NCBI GenBank assembly: GCA_951406725.2
Contig: OX597825.1
Coordinates: 16,120,001-16,184,000 of the forward strand
Length of the DNA: 64,000 bases
DNA from: Octopus vulgaris
Taxonomy: Eukaryota
Direction of reading: 5' to 3'
The translations under genes were made by a program, and so were the position numbers. Of the stretch, positions 15,314 to 28,072 are shown in pieces. The notes under the pieces are model-generated. The model was not told the origin of the DNA. It ran no database searches and worked only from the letters and a program-made list of their open reading frames with translations. How positions within the stretch are numbered: position 1 is the first letter of the stretch; every line of letters begins with the position of its first letter.

Positions 15314-15675
15314 AAGAGCACTCAGAGAGTGCAAACCTCTACCAAGGCAACACCAACATCCTCTCAACGATTAGCCAGAGATTTATCTTTAAAATGAGAA
15401 TATCTGAAATAAATTCAACTGCTCTTACAAATGAGAATACTAAATGAACCCAACTGCTCGCAGAAATTTATTAAAGATACAGGAAAAATAATCCATAATC
15501 GTTGTTCAGTACTGGATCGATCCCAAAATCTAATCAGTTCATGCCAGTCACAAGGCCAAACATCTCTGAAAGTTTCATCTGAATCCATCCAGCGGTTTTT
15601 GAGATATCTTGTCCATGGACAAACAAGCATGACTGAAAACAATACCTCTGCTTTCACTAAGGTGGAGGAAATAAT
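15314..15675 (+). mobile_element. Non-autonomous Helentron/HINE-like element
   Basis: Subterminal repeat acctctaccaagg (15335) and related 3' hairpin acctctgcttt-cact-aaggtggagg (15644-15668); typical aagtttcat...gaatccatccagcggtttttgagatat core. Confidence 0.6.
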
Positions 15676-15874
15676 AAAACACCTTCTGACTATTGGAATC
15701 TGTCTCAGCATTGTGACAATGCAAAAAGCAACACTTCTGGGAATAACAAATATCCTGCGGAAAGTACTGTGTCTGAGGTTTTACAACTTTATAAGGAGGC
15801 AGTTAAACAATCCAATGTTAACAAGACCATCACTGTGGTCTTGTTAACTTTGTAATAATGATAATAATAGTAGC

Positions 15875-16569
15875 CCTTTCTGTTGAAGGCATAAGGCCTG
15901 AAATTTGGGGGCAAAGACAATTTGTTTACATCGACCCCTTAATTCAACTGGTATTTATTTTCATCTGAAAAGATAAAAGGCAAAGTCAACCTTGGCAGAA
16001 TTTGAACTCAGAACATAAAGATAAATGGGATGCTGCTAAGCATTTTGCCTGGCGTGCTAAGGATTCTGCCAGCTCTCTGCCTTAATAATGATGATGACGA
16101 CGACGACGACAATGACGACAATAATAATAATAGTAATCTTTTCTCTTATAGGCACAAGGCCTGAACTTTTGGAGACGGTGGGGTTAGTTGATAACATTGA
16201 TCCAGTGCTCAACTGGTACTTATTTTATGGACCCTGAAAGATGAAAGTCAAAGTTCACCTTGGCAGAATTTGAACTCAGGGCATAAATATGTATGAAATG
16301 CTGTTAACAAGTCTGCCATCTTGCCACCTTAATAATGATAATAATAGTAATAATAATCCTTCCTACTAAAGACATGAGGCCTCAAATTTGGGGGAGGGGG
16401 ACAGTCGATTACACTCGATCCCAGTGTTTGACTGGTACTTAATTTATTGACCCCGAACGGATGAAAGATAAAGTCGAGGTTGGCAAAATTTGAACTCAAA
16501 ACATAGTGGTGGCCAAAATATCACTAAGCATTTCGTCCAGCATGCTAACAATTCTGCCAGTCCACCACC

Positions 16570-16662
<93 letters not shown>

Positions 16663-17195
16663 GGGAGGCACTAATAATAATAATGGTTAGGATGTCTGCA
16701 CCATGATCGTAAAATTGTGGTTTCGATACCTGGAACGGGCGACGCATTGTGTTCTTGAGCAAAACACTTCATTTCACGATGCTCCAGTCCACTCAGCTGC
16801 CAAAAATAAGTAACGCTGCGATGGACTGGCATCCCGTCTAGCTGGGGAACACATACGCCATAGAAACCGGGAAACTGGGCCCCTGAGCCTGGCTAGGCTT
16901 TAAAAAGGGTGCATTTATTTATTTATTTTATTATTATTATTATTATTATTATTTGTTTTACAATAGGCACAAAACCTGAAATTTGGGGGTTAAGTGTGCT
17001 TGTCAATTCTATTGACCCAGTTCTCAACTACTTGTTTTATCGACCCCAGCGGCATTTGTACTCAGAATATGAAGGCAGATGAAATGCCACTGAGCATTTG
17101 GCCTGGCATGCTAACGATCCTGCCAGCTAACGATTCTGCTAACGATTCTGCCAGCTAACGATTCTGCTAACGATTCTGCCAGCTTGCTTACCTCA

Positions 17196-17231
<36 letters not shown>

Positions 17232-17441
17232 TTTCAAATTTTTCCACAAGGGCAGCAATTTTGGAGGAGGGGAATAGTCAATTTCATTGACCCCGGTACT
17301 CGAGTGGTACTTATTTTATTGACCCCAAAAGGATGAAAGGCAAAGTTCACCTTGGCAGAATTTGAACTCAGAACATAAACACAGACGAAATGCTGCTAAG
17401 CATTTCACCCAGTGTAGTAATGATTCTGGCAGCTCACCACC

Positions 17442-17445
<4 letters not shown>
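15875..17445 (-). mobile_element. Cluster of about five same-orientation family B SINEs separated by (AAT)n
   Basis: Units near 15875-16085, 16140-16332, 16358-16573, 16960-17190 and 17232-17445; an unrelated + strand tRNA-SINE lies at 16663-16915. Confidence 0.75.
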
Positions 17446-17477
<32 letters not shown>

Positions 17478-17503
17478 TTTTTTTTCTTTATTAACTATTA
17501 AAG

Positions 17504-17614
17504 CTCAAAGAGATACAAAGAAAATAAATATGAAACTTCCACTAGGGTCACAAAGACAGAAAAGATAATGTCGAGTGTGAAAAACAATATGTTTAAAAAT
17601 TTCAAAGGCAAAGG
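17504..17614 (+). CDS. Candidate upstream exon (111 nt, phase 2-2), possibly of the TMEM221-like gene
   Basis: T-rich acceptor ...ttctttattaactattaaag| and donor GG|gtgagg. Only one frame is open: SKRYKENKYETSTRVTKTEKIMSSVKNNMFKNFKGK(G). Phase-compatible with 19847 and 34443. No homology recognised. Confidence 0.3.
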
Positions 17615-19132
17615 GTGAGGGACATTATACACATATATGGAAGGACATATCAAAAATGCTAAAAGGTGCACAAACACACACACACATACACACACAAACA
17701 TAAATATATAGTCTGTGTTGGTGACATGTAAAAAGCACCAACCGATTGTGGCCGTTTGCCAGCCTCCTCTGGCCCCTGTACCAGTGGTACTTAAAAAGCA
17801 CCCACTACACTCACGGAATGGTTGGCGTTAGGAAGGGCATCCAGCTGTAGAAACACTGCCAGATCAGAGTGGAGCCTGGCGCAGCCTGGCTTCCCAGGCT
17901 CCAGTCAAACCATGCCTGCATGGAAAACGGATGTTAAACGGTGATGATGATGATGATGGCTTGTCTGTTCATTAGGCAATCATGACCATTGCTGACAGGT
18001 GTTAAGTGTCAGCAATGGTTTTAAATCTGGTACAGCTTGCACAACAGCACAGTGACTCACTAAGAATACCAAGAAACCTAAAGACAAGCAAAGTGCAAGA
18101 TTGTCAGTTCAGTAGAGCAGCAGGTTTTATATATGAGTTAGTCTTCTCTTAGAGGGATGGCTTGACAAAGACCAGGGGCCATCATTTCCAGTGGGCTTAC
18201 TGCACTCTTGGACACCAGCCCTTGTATTTCTACAACCTGGCACATACAAACATACATCCACCCATCCATACATACATACATGCATGCATACACTTCACAG
18301 TAAGTAAATAAGTGTAACAAAATATTCAATAATTGAAAGAAATAAGCCTGGAAAGATTTTCTGGCTCGATTGAGCTGAGCACTTCATCATTTTCTGTCAT
18401 TAACAACTTCTCAGATTGTGTTCAAGTGCAACTAGATGCACCAGTAAGCTTTTTTGTGGGTATTTGATTTTGGAAAACACTAGAATCTTTGAGGTTGTTC
18501 TTTTTTAAGTTCAGTATAATGTCTTAAATTTTACTTTTACTAGCATTCTATCTTTTTCGTGTCACTTATAGTGTGATCCTAACTGTTTCTGTGTCGTTAA
18601 AACTTCTTCTGAGAATCTATGGTACTAAGGATGCATAATTTTGTCTATTAATTGTTTGTTTGCTTTTTTGAAGAACCGCAAATCTTAGTTGATCTTTGTT
18701 GTCTTCATTCTCTTTGTTATTTACCTGAGGAGGGATTTTGTTGTCATTTACAAGAAATTGTTCCTCGTTCTGCCACACCTGTACTCGTTTATTTATGTTG
18801 TAGCTTTTCTGTTTTTTTGTTCTTTTAACTCTTCATACATTCCTCTATATTTATTACAAGCCCCCCCCCCCCATCCAATGGACGGTGCTGAGTTGTCAAA
18901 CATTTAAACCAAATTTTCTCGAAACAACTTATCCGACCGTCCCATAGGCCTCCCCTTTGAGAAACACTGATTTAACTTAAATTTGAAACACCAGCAAAAG
19001 AAGAAATAAAAATAGACTTTTTTTCTATTCCAAAGAAAAACGATTTTATTCACACAAATATGCAACCGAAGAGTTTAAAGTACCAGTAATGATAAGGCTG
19101 TTGACTGGGAGAACACAAACATGGTTTAAACA

Positions 19133-19163
<31 letters not shown>

Positions 19164-19397
19164 TCAATAGCAGTGAATTTGGTAGAATCAGTAGAATGTC
19201 AGGCTAAAAGTTTTATAATATTTATTCTAGAATTTTACATTCTGAGTTCCAATCATGCAATGGTCAATTTTGCCTTTCGTTCTTCTTGGGTTGATAAAGT
19301 ATAGAGCCGGATGCGTAACAGGGTTTTTACCATGGACTACACCCCTCCCCCCAAATTTGTGGCTGTGTGCCGATGTAAGAAATCATTATTCTTCTTC

Positions 19398-19710
<313 letters not shown>

Positions 19711-19846
19711 TTGTTTATTTTTTCTTTTATTATTTTCTGTTATTTCATTTTCTTTTTTCCTTTCTTTCTTTTTTTTTTTTGTTTGTTTGTTTGTTTTCGA
19801 ACCAAACCTTTTTGTATATCTAACTTCTAAAACCTGGTCAATTCAG

Positions 19847-20011
19847 GCGACCTTCGGTGCACCAGTTGACCTTTGACATTGGCCGCTCTGCTGTTTTTTG
19901 GCGTGAGACAGATTCAAAGACAGGCCGTTGTTTTAGAATGATTTAGGAGAACATGAAGAAAACTGAAAACTATGAGTCACCAACATGCTTGACGTCAGAC
20001 CCTTTACCCAG
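19847..20011 (+). CDS. Candidate upstream or cassette exon (165 nt, phase 2-2); in-frame TAG at 19944-19946, ATG at 19953
   Basis: Branch-like ctaac (19820), acceptor ttcag| and donor CAG|gtaatc; unique, non-repetitive sequence between two microsatellites. ATG 19953 gives MKKTENYESPTCLTSDPLP(S), which splices in frame to 34443. Confidence 0.35.
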
Positions 20012-20615
20012 GTAATCCCACCTGCCTACCTACCTGCCTACCTACCTACCTACCTACGTACCAACCTACCTACCTACCTGCCTATTTACCTGCCTACCTA
20101 CCTACCTACCTACCTACCTACCTACCAACCTACATGCCTACCTACCTATTTACCTTTTTATCTACCTACCTACCTACCTACCTGTCTCCCTATCTACATA
20201 CCTATCAAACCAATTAACAAACATACATTCTTAATTATGTTACAAATAGTTCTCTTAGAATTTCATATAATCTACCTCCTCCTCCTCCTCCTCCTACTAC
20301 TACTACTACTATTACTACTACTACTAATAATAATAATAATAATATTACTACTAATATTGCTAACATATCGTTGAGTTTAAAAATTAGTCACTTCGCATTT
20401 TTTCCCTTCTCTCTCTCTCTTCATTCATGCTCTTTCTGAGATTAACCATTTAGTGAAGGCTGACCATTAACAGAATCAGGATGAGCTACAAGACTGTGGG
20501 AGAAAGATTTAGCAGCATCTTTATCCATCTGTACGTTCTAAGTTCAAATACCTCCGAGGTTGACTTTGCCTTTCGTCCTTTCAGGATCAATAAATTAAGT
20601 ACCAGTCAAGCACTG

Positions 20616-20939
20616 TACTTGTACTTGTACTTGTGATGGCGTTCACCCAGTGAAGGTTGAGTCGGCTTCTTCTCTGGTCCTATAACGGCATCATGAACCG
20701 TGGCAGCCCAAGCTTGATGGTCCCGTGCGAGGTCACTGGAGATAGCAAGCCATTCACGGTTCCATCTGCACAGACCGACCACCTGCGGACCTGAGAGTTT
20801 GGAGAGATCCTCCTTTATTGTCGTTGCTGTCCGCCCATGTGTTTGTGCCAGCTGGGAAGTTGAGGTGAGAGGAGGACAGCGCAAATCAGCTCACCCTCTG
20901 GACGCTGGGCCGCATGACCGAACCACCAGTTAAGCACAA
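20616..20939 (-). mobile_element. 5'-truncated LINE 3' end with a (TACAAG)n tail
   Basis: 13-bp TSD cagtcaagcactg at 20603-20615 and 20940-20952, inside a Meta-type SINE. Confidence 0.7.
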
Positions 20940-21542
20940 CAGTCAAGCACTGGGATCGATGTTATTGATTATCGTCCTCCACCTAAATTCCGGGCCTTGT
21001 ATCTATACCAGAAAGGATCATTATTATCAGAAAGGATTATTACCAGAAAGGATTATCAGAAAGGATTATTACCAGAAAGGATTATCAGAAAGGATTATTA
21101 CTAGCAAGGATTATTGTTATCATCTAAATTATTATTAAGTTGACCTCGGTGGAATTTGAGCTCAGAACTTACAAATTCTGCCTTAGTCAACTTTGCCGTT
21201 CATCCCTCCGGGGTCAATAAAATAAGTACCAGTCATAAACTGGGGTCAAAGTAATCAACTAGCCTCCTCCCTAAAAATTTCAGGCCTTGTGCCTATAATA
21301 GAAAGGATTATTGTTGTTGCTAGAATAATTAGCATATGAAATGAAATGTGTTGAGATATCATTTCATCATTTAACATCCGTTTTCCATGCTGGCATGAGT
21401 TGAACAGTTTGACTGGAACTGATTAGGCCAGGGGCTGCATCATGCTCCTTTGTTTGTTTTAGTGGCAAGGTGTCTACGCTGGTAGCCCTTCATACAATCA
21501 ACCACCTTGCAGAGTGTATATAAATATAAATATATATATAAT

Positions 21543-21885
21543 GATAAGAGTAAATAATTTCTATAAAGGCTTTTAAAAAAACCCCAATTATTTACTGGTA
21601 GAATTCGGTATGTAAATATAGCCGATTACCGGCAGGAACTTCTGTAAAGTTCAGTATATATATTGTATATAAGAAAAGGGACAGGCAAAACAGGTTGCTT
21701 GACCGCATACCGAAAAAATAGAAATAGCAGTCAAGAATGCTTATTTCTATCAAAGTTGGACGCTGGGTCTGTCATGCCCGGAGTCCAACTTTGAGTCCAA
21801 CTTTGATAGAAATAAGCATTCTTGACTGCTATTTCTATTTTTTCGGTATGCGGTCAAGCAACCTGTTTTGCCTGTCCCTTTTTCT

Positions 21886-21891
<6 letters not shown>
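21543..21891. mobile_element. (TA)n-flanked fold-back element with ~96-bp near-perfect arms
   Basis: 21666-21761 and 21795-21891 are inverted (one indel seen); 12-bp tandem duplication gagtccaacttt at the loop; unique tail 21543-21655. Confidence 0.8.
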
Positions 21892-21950
<59 letters not shown>

Positions 21951-22504
21951 TCATCATCATCATTTAGAATCTGCTTTCCATGCCAGTATGGGTTAGATAG
22001 TTTGATGGTCAGTTAGAGAGCTGCACCAAGTTCCAGCCTGGTTTGGCATGGTTTCCACGACTGGATGCCCTTCCTAATGCCAACCACTCCAAGAGTGTAA
22101 TCGATACTTTTCATGTGCCACTGGCATGAGTGCCAATTATGTGACACCAGCAGCGGCAATGTCTATGATCTCACTCAGTTTGACAGATCTTCCACGCATG
22201 TCATACTGCCAGTGGTCTCAGCCACTTGTCATCATCCCCATATGGCCCAGGGTTCGAAGGGTGCTTTTTACATGCTTACCAGCATTGGCCACTACTATGG
22301 TTTCACTTCACTTGACACATCTTCTCAAGCACAGCATATTGCCAAGGGTCTCAGTCACTTGTCATTGCCTCAATGAGGCCCAGCATTTGTAAATCATGCT
22401 TCACCACCTTGTCCCATATCTTCCTGGGTCTACCTCTTCCACAAGTTCCCTCCACAGTTAGGGATTGGCACTTCTTTACACAGCTGTCTTTGCCCAATAT
22501 ATAT

Positions 22505-23070
22505 CATCATCATCATCGTTTAATGTCCGTTTTCCATGCTAGCACGGGTTGGATGGTTCAACTGGGGTCTGGGAAGCCAGGAGGCTGCACCAGGCTCCAG
22601 TCTGATCTGGCAGTGTTTCTATGGCTGGATGCCCTTCCTAACGCCAATCACTCTGTGTGTGTACTGGGTGCTTTTTACGTGCCACCAGCACAGATACCAG
22701 GGGAGGCTGGCAGTGGCCACGATCGGTTGGTGCTTTTTACATGCCACTGACACAGAAGCCAGTCAAGGTGGCGCTGGCATCAGCCACGTACGTATGGTGC
22801 TTTTAACATGCCACCGGAATAGGTATCACAACTACAATTTCCATTTGATTTTTTGATGTTGATGTACTCGACTCAATAGGTCTCCTCAAGCACAGCAGTT
22901 CACGCTACAATCCAAGGTAAGCACAGCAGGTCGTACTGCAATCCAAGGTACTTTGGATGAGCTGGGGCTGCTATGTGAAACTGGTGCAGGAAAAAGCCAT
23001 GAACTTGCATTATTTGTCGGGTCTTTGCAATCACAGCATATCTCCAGAGATCTCGGTCTTTCGTCATTGC
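22505..23070 (-). mobile_element. Family D retroposon 3' region with a (GAT)n tail
   Basis: ggaagggcatccagctgtagaaac...ccaacccatgctagcatggaaaacggacgttaaa(tga)n motif. Copies at 4075-4380, 12320-12520, 17720-17958, 34985-35385, 40900-41480 and 61968-62110. Confidence 0.8.
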
Positions 23071-23537
23071 CTATATAATACACCATCATTATCCTCATTG
23101 TTTCAGTGTCCAGTTGTCCATACTTGCATAAGTCAAATGGTAGCATTGTCGAAGCAGATATTTCTGTGGCTCATTTCCTTTCCTGTCACAAATCGTCACC
23201 TGTTTCCAAGCAAGCTTTTTATTTCCACCTAATTTAACAAACGAAAGAATTGGCAACAAGTGACACTGTTTATTTGAACAGTGATTCCTGGTTTACAGCC
23301 AGCATGCACATGTCACGATGGAAGAATATATTCTCACTTGCACACTCACACGTGTGCATACAATGAGCTTCTACACATATAGTTATATGCTTGTATATAT
23401 TTTATATATACCTTGTAAGTTACACCTAATAACTTACAAACTTCTAATTATTAAAGTGGAAAAATTATCAGAAAACCCATTTCTATTCAGTTTTTCAAAT
23501 ATATAATATTGTACCAAAGACTTTCTACTTCTTATTC

Positions 23538-23573
<36 letters not shown>

Positions 23574-23595
23574 TTTATAGAAGGAGCTGGAAGCT

Positions 23596-23646
23596 AGCTT
23601 CCTGATGATTTCTTTTGAATGAAACAGTTCTAGTCCTGTAGAAGCT
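23596..23646 (+). ncRNA. Type I hammerhead ribozyme in a (TA)n-flanked fold-back element
   Basis: Stem I agcttc/gaagct; CTGATGA 23602-08; stem II ttc-tttt-gaa; GAAA 23621-24; stem III CAG...CTG around a CTAG palindrome; GUA triplet. Confidence 0.8.
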
Positions 23647-23728
23647 CCTTCTATAAAATAAATTAATTTACTCTGCTATGTATTGAGTACCTTATTTACT
23701 GTGGTTAAACCCGACTCAACCCGGGACC

Positions 23729-23764
<36 letters not shown>

Positions 23765-23865
23765 TAAAAACAGTAAGATAACAAAAAAGAAAGAGACCTC
23801 AATATTATGTAAATAGAGGAATTTATCTGTAAATATAATATGTGACAATTATTCGGTAGCCAAGA

Positions 23866-24273
23866 CAGGCGCAGGAGTGGCTGTGTGGTAAGTATTTTGC
23901 TTACCAACCACATGGTTCCGGGTTCAGTCCCACTGCGTGGCACCTTGGGCAAGTGTCTTCTACTATAGCCTCGGGCCGACCAAAGCCTTGTGAGTGGATT
24001 TGGTAGACGGAAACTGAAAGAAGCCCATCGTATATATGTGTATATATATATATATATGTGTGCGTGTGTGTTTGTGTGTCTGTGTTTGTCCCCCTAGCAT
24101 TGCTTGACAACCGATGCTGGTATGTTTATGTCCCCATCACTTAGCGGTTCAGCAAAAGAGACCGATAGAATAAGTACTGGGCTTACAAAGAATAAGTGCC
24201 GGGGTCGAGTTGCTCGACTAAAGGCGGTGCTCCAGCATGGCCGCAGTCAAATGACTGATACAAGTAAAAGAGT
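23866..24273 (+). mobile_element. tRNA-derived SINE family A (internal (TA)/(TG) microsatellite), full length
   Basis: Box A/B head tggctgtgtggt...ggttcagtccc and (taaaagag) tail. Other copies: + at 26417-26826, 26838-27246, 27752-27905, 31305-31720, 32369-32750, 54505-54862; - at 4525-4685, 12832-13232, 13905-14180, 37826-37970, 41700-41848, 59262-59600. Confidence 0.9.
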
Positions 24274-24333
24274 ATAAAACTCTGAGTTTCGGATGCTGAG
24301 CTGGAAATCCACACCACCATCTCTTCAGTTATC
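24274..24333 (-). ncRNA. Type I hammerhead ribozyme (stem I interrupted by a SINE insertion)
   Basis: Minus strand: gataa CTGAAGA GATG...CATCC GAAA CTCAGAG TT ttat. Confidence 0.7.
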
Positions 24334-24498
24334 CAATGGCCTGATAACTGTTACATATATTTACAGATATATATATATATATATATATATACATTGATAG
24401 AAATGGTAAAACGACAAAAGAATAAAAGAGACCTCGATATTATGTAAATAGAGGAATTTATCTGTAAATATAATATGTGACAATTATTCGGTAGCCAT

Positions 24499-24559
24499 GA
24501 TAAAACTCCGAGTTTCGGATGTCGGGGCGGAAACCCACGCCGTCATCTCATCAGTTATC
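24499..24559 (-). ncRNA. Type I hammerhead ribozyme
   Basis: Minus strand: gataa CTGATGA GATG...CATCC GAAA CTCGGAG TT ttatc; 5-bp stem I; GUU triplet. Confidence 0.8.
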
Positions 24560-24586
24560 CGGCCATCGGAAATTTTCTAAGGGCTG

Positions 24587-24647
24587 GATAACTGAAGATT
24601 TGACGGCGTGGGTTTACGCCCCAACATCTGAAACTCAGAGTTTTATC
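24587..24647 (+). ncRNA. Type I hammerhead ribozyme, inverted partner of 24499-24559
   Basis: gataa CTGAAGA tttg...catct GAAA CTCAGAG TT ttatc; base of stem II partly mutated. Confidence 0.7.
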
Positions 24648-25051
24648 ATGGCTACTGAATAATTGTTACATATATATATATAAATAACTTGATTGTGCAA
24701 CCCTGCACTCATCAGTTATAATCAATTATGGTGACTGCTCTCTATGTTGGGAGTGAAAAGACACATTTAATATATAAATATATATATAAGTATATGTGTG
24801 TGCGTGTATAAGTGCCCTGTATGAAATTCTCTTGAGTCTTTCCATAACTTCTGCTGATTAAAAATAAGAAAATGTAATTACGTTTATGTTTTGAGTTCTA
24901 TCTATCCTGTTTATACCACTGAGCCTATATATATATATTTATTTATATATAAGTTCAGCAAAAATTTAGATTCAAATGAATATGGTACTTAATTTAGATG
25001 CACCAGAATTTTTTATGGTGTTATCCATAAAAGTTTGTTGGGTGATTATAA

Positions 25052-25152
25052 TCAAAATAAGCAACAAGAATGACTCCGGTAATTTGGTACAATCATTGTA
25101 GTACGAAACGATTGTACCAAATTACCGGAGTCATTCTTGTCGCTTATTTTGA
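25052..25152. repeat. Near-perfect 43-bp-arm inverted repeat next to (TA)n
   Basis: tcaaaataagcaacaagaatgactccggtaatttggtacaatc / gattgtaccaaattaccggagtcattcttgtcgcttattttga. Confidence 0.85.
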
Positions 25153-25155
25153 ATA

Positions 25156-25245
<90 letters not shown>

Positions 25246-25272
25246 CATTCAGCATCATTTAACATCCATTTT

Positions 25273-25325
<53 letters not shown>

Positions 25326-26380
25326 CATACATATATACATACATACATACACACACACAGATACATATATATATAATATACTCCTGTGTAAGTGTGCGTG
25401 CATGTGTGTGTGTGCATGCGTGTGTGTTAGATTTATTCATAGTCTTTTGCATACAGTTATAGTATCTTGAGCAGATGACTCATGGGACAAATCTTGAAGG
25501 ATTCTTATTATAAATTTTCGTACCATTTACATATAATCTTAAACAATCTCCACTGCTTCAATTTTATTTTACTCAATTCTTTCTTTTCTTATTCTATATT
25601 TATTTGTTGGGATTTTTTTTTTTTACCTTTGTAAAATCATGTTCTAATCTCTGTTGCATTCCTTCCACGATAAAAATTTCTGATTTTTTGCCTTCTCCTA
25701 ACTCTTGCATATTGCTGTCCAGTGAAGCATCACTGTAGAGATGTGCACCTGATAAATTAATTGAACAGTGTTCAACAAATAGGTATGGCTGTGTGGTAAG
25801 AAGTTTGCTTCCCAACCACATGGCTCTGGGTTCAGTCCCATTGCATGGAACCTTGGGTGAGTGTTTTCTTTTATAGCCTCAGGCCAACTAAAGCCATGTG
25901 AGTGAATTTGGTAGACAGAAAGTGAAAGAGACCTGTTGTGTCATCATCATTTAATATCCATTGTCCATGCTAGCAGGGGTTGGTCAGCTTGACCAGGGCC
26001 AGTAAAATGGAAGGCTGCTCCTGACTCCAGTCTGATTTGGCATGGTTTTTCTATGGCTAGATGCACTTCCTAACGCCAACCACTCTGAGAGTGTGATGGG
26101 TGCTTTTATGTGCCACTGGTATGTGTGCCATTTGTGTGACACTGGTATCTGCCACGACTGCAATTTTGCTCAGCTTGATGGGTCTTCTTCTCAAGCACAA
26201 CATAATACCAAAGTTCTGTGTCATTGTCTCTGTGAGGCCTAACACTCGAAAGGAACTCGGCCTCTTTTGCCTCCGTGACGCCCAACGCTTGAAAGGAACT
26301 CAACCACTTTACATGACACCACCATCAGCCATGACTATGATTTCCCAGGTCTTCTCAAATGACCGAAACCAATAAAAGAA

Positions 26381-26416
<36 letters not shown>

Positions 26417-26419
<3 letters not shown>

Positions 26420-27246
26420 AGTGGCTGTGTGGTAAGTAGCTTGTTTACCAACCACATGGTTCAGGGTTCAGTCCCACTGCATGGCACCTTGAGCAAGTGC
26501 CTTCTACTATAGCCTTGGGCCAACCAAAGCCTTGTGAGTGGATTTGGTAGACGGAAACTGAAAGAAGCCTGTCATATATATGTATATATATGTATGTGTG
26601 TGTATATGTTTGTGTGTCTATGTTTATCCTCCCAACATCGCTTGACAACCGATGCTGGTGTGTTCATGTCCCCGTTACTTAGCGGTTCGGCAAAAGAGAC
26701 CGATAGAATAAGTACTGGGCTTACAAAAGAATAAGTCCTGGGGTCGATTTGCTCGACTAAAGGCGGTGCTCCAGCATGGCCGCAGTCAAATGACTGAAAC
26801 AAGTAAAAGAGTAAAAGAGTAAAGAATATATATATATAGGCGCAGGAGTGGCTGTGTGGTTAGTAGCTTGCTAACCAACCACATGGTTCCGGGTTCAGTC
26901 CCACTGCGTGGCATCTTGGGCAAGTGTCTTCTGCTATAGCCCCGGGCCGACCAATGCCTTGTGAGTGGATTTGGTAGACGGAAACTGAAAGAAGCCCGTC
27001 GTATATATGTATATATATATATATGTGTGTGTATGTGTTTGTGTGTCTGTGTTTGTCCCCCTAGTATTGCTTGACAACCGATGCTAGTGTGTTTGCGTCC
27101 CCGTCACTCAGCGGTTCAGCAAAGGAGACCGATAGAATAAGTACTAGGCTTACAAAGAATAAGTCCCGGGGTCGATTTCCTCGACTAAAGGTGGTGCTCC
27201 AGCATGGCCACAGTCAAATGACTGAAACAAGTAAAAGAGTAAAGAG
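26417..27246 (+). mobile_element. Head-to-tail pair of SINE family A copies separated by (TA)n
   Basis: Two ~410-bp near-identical units. Confidence 0.9.
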
Positions 27247-28019
27247 CTTATATATATATGTTATACATTGGCATGTTTGTATGTATATATGCACACCCAT
27301 GCACATGTTAGCGACACACCCAAAGAAATAGTACTCAACACAGCATGGATGAATAAACATTCTTGGGCTATTATCACATGACAGCAGTGCACATTTGCCT
27401 GGTTTTGTGGTATGTCTTTAATTATAGAAATGTTAAAGTTGCCAAAATCTCTAAATATATATTTTAAAAAATTGAATCTGGAACCTATGAATTCTGTAAA
27501 AAAAAAGATTAATTACAAATACAAAATTGGAAAATTCTATATATAAAGAAGATATTGCTAAATCACGTGAAATATTTCTAAAAATATTTAAATCAGTAAA
27601 GGAAAAAAATTATCTAACAAAACAATACAGTAGATGTAGACAGCAGAAATATACTGCCTGTGGATTTCATTATAAAATTTGATTAGGAAATTTCTGTGAA
27701 ATGAAAAATATACTATACAGAAAATTTGTAAAGTATTGAACATGGTGTTGGGGTGGCTGTGTGGTAAGTAGCTTGCTTACGAACCACAGGGTTCTGGGTT
27801 CAGTCCCACTGCATCGCACCTTGGGCAAGTGTCTTCTACTATAGCATCGGGCCAACCAAAGCCTTGTGAGTGGATTTGGTAGACGGAAACTGAAAGAAGC
27901 TCGTCAGCTCGAAACGTAAAACCCTCCTTCTTCCCTTCCTTCCTGAGCGTCCAATAATACTATACTTGTTCCACGTCCTCGCGTTGTTGTGTTTTCTCTT
28001 GGTGTTTTCATGTTTGGAT

Positions 28020-28072
<53 letters not shown>

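Noticed and set aside
15431-15847. 138-aa non-repetitive-looking ORF
   Set aside because: Runs through a HINE-like element and a decayed LINE fragment; no exon boundaries.
18420-18969. hAT-like element (TIR-like tttgagaaacactg at 18956-18969)
   Set aside because: Only one terminus is visible, with no TSD or readable transposase.
23870-23945. tRNA genes at SINE heads
   Set aside because: Box A/B are present, but they continue into SINE bodies and lack a complete cloverleaf.
24690-24722. Minus-strand CTGATGA plus GTGCA/TGCAC stem II
   Set aside because: GAAA and stem III are missing; at best a truncated remnant, so not counted as a ribozyme.
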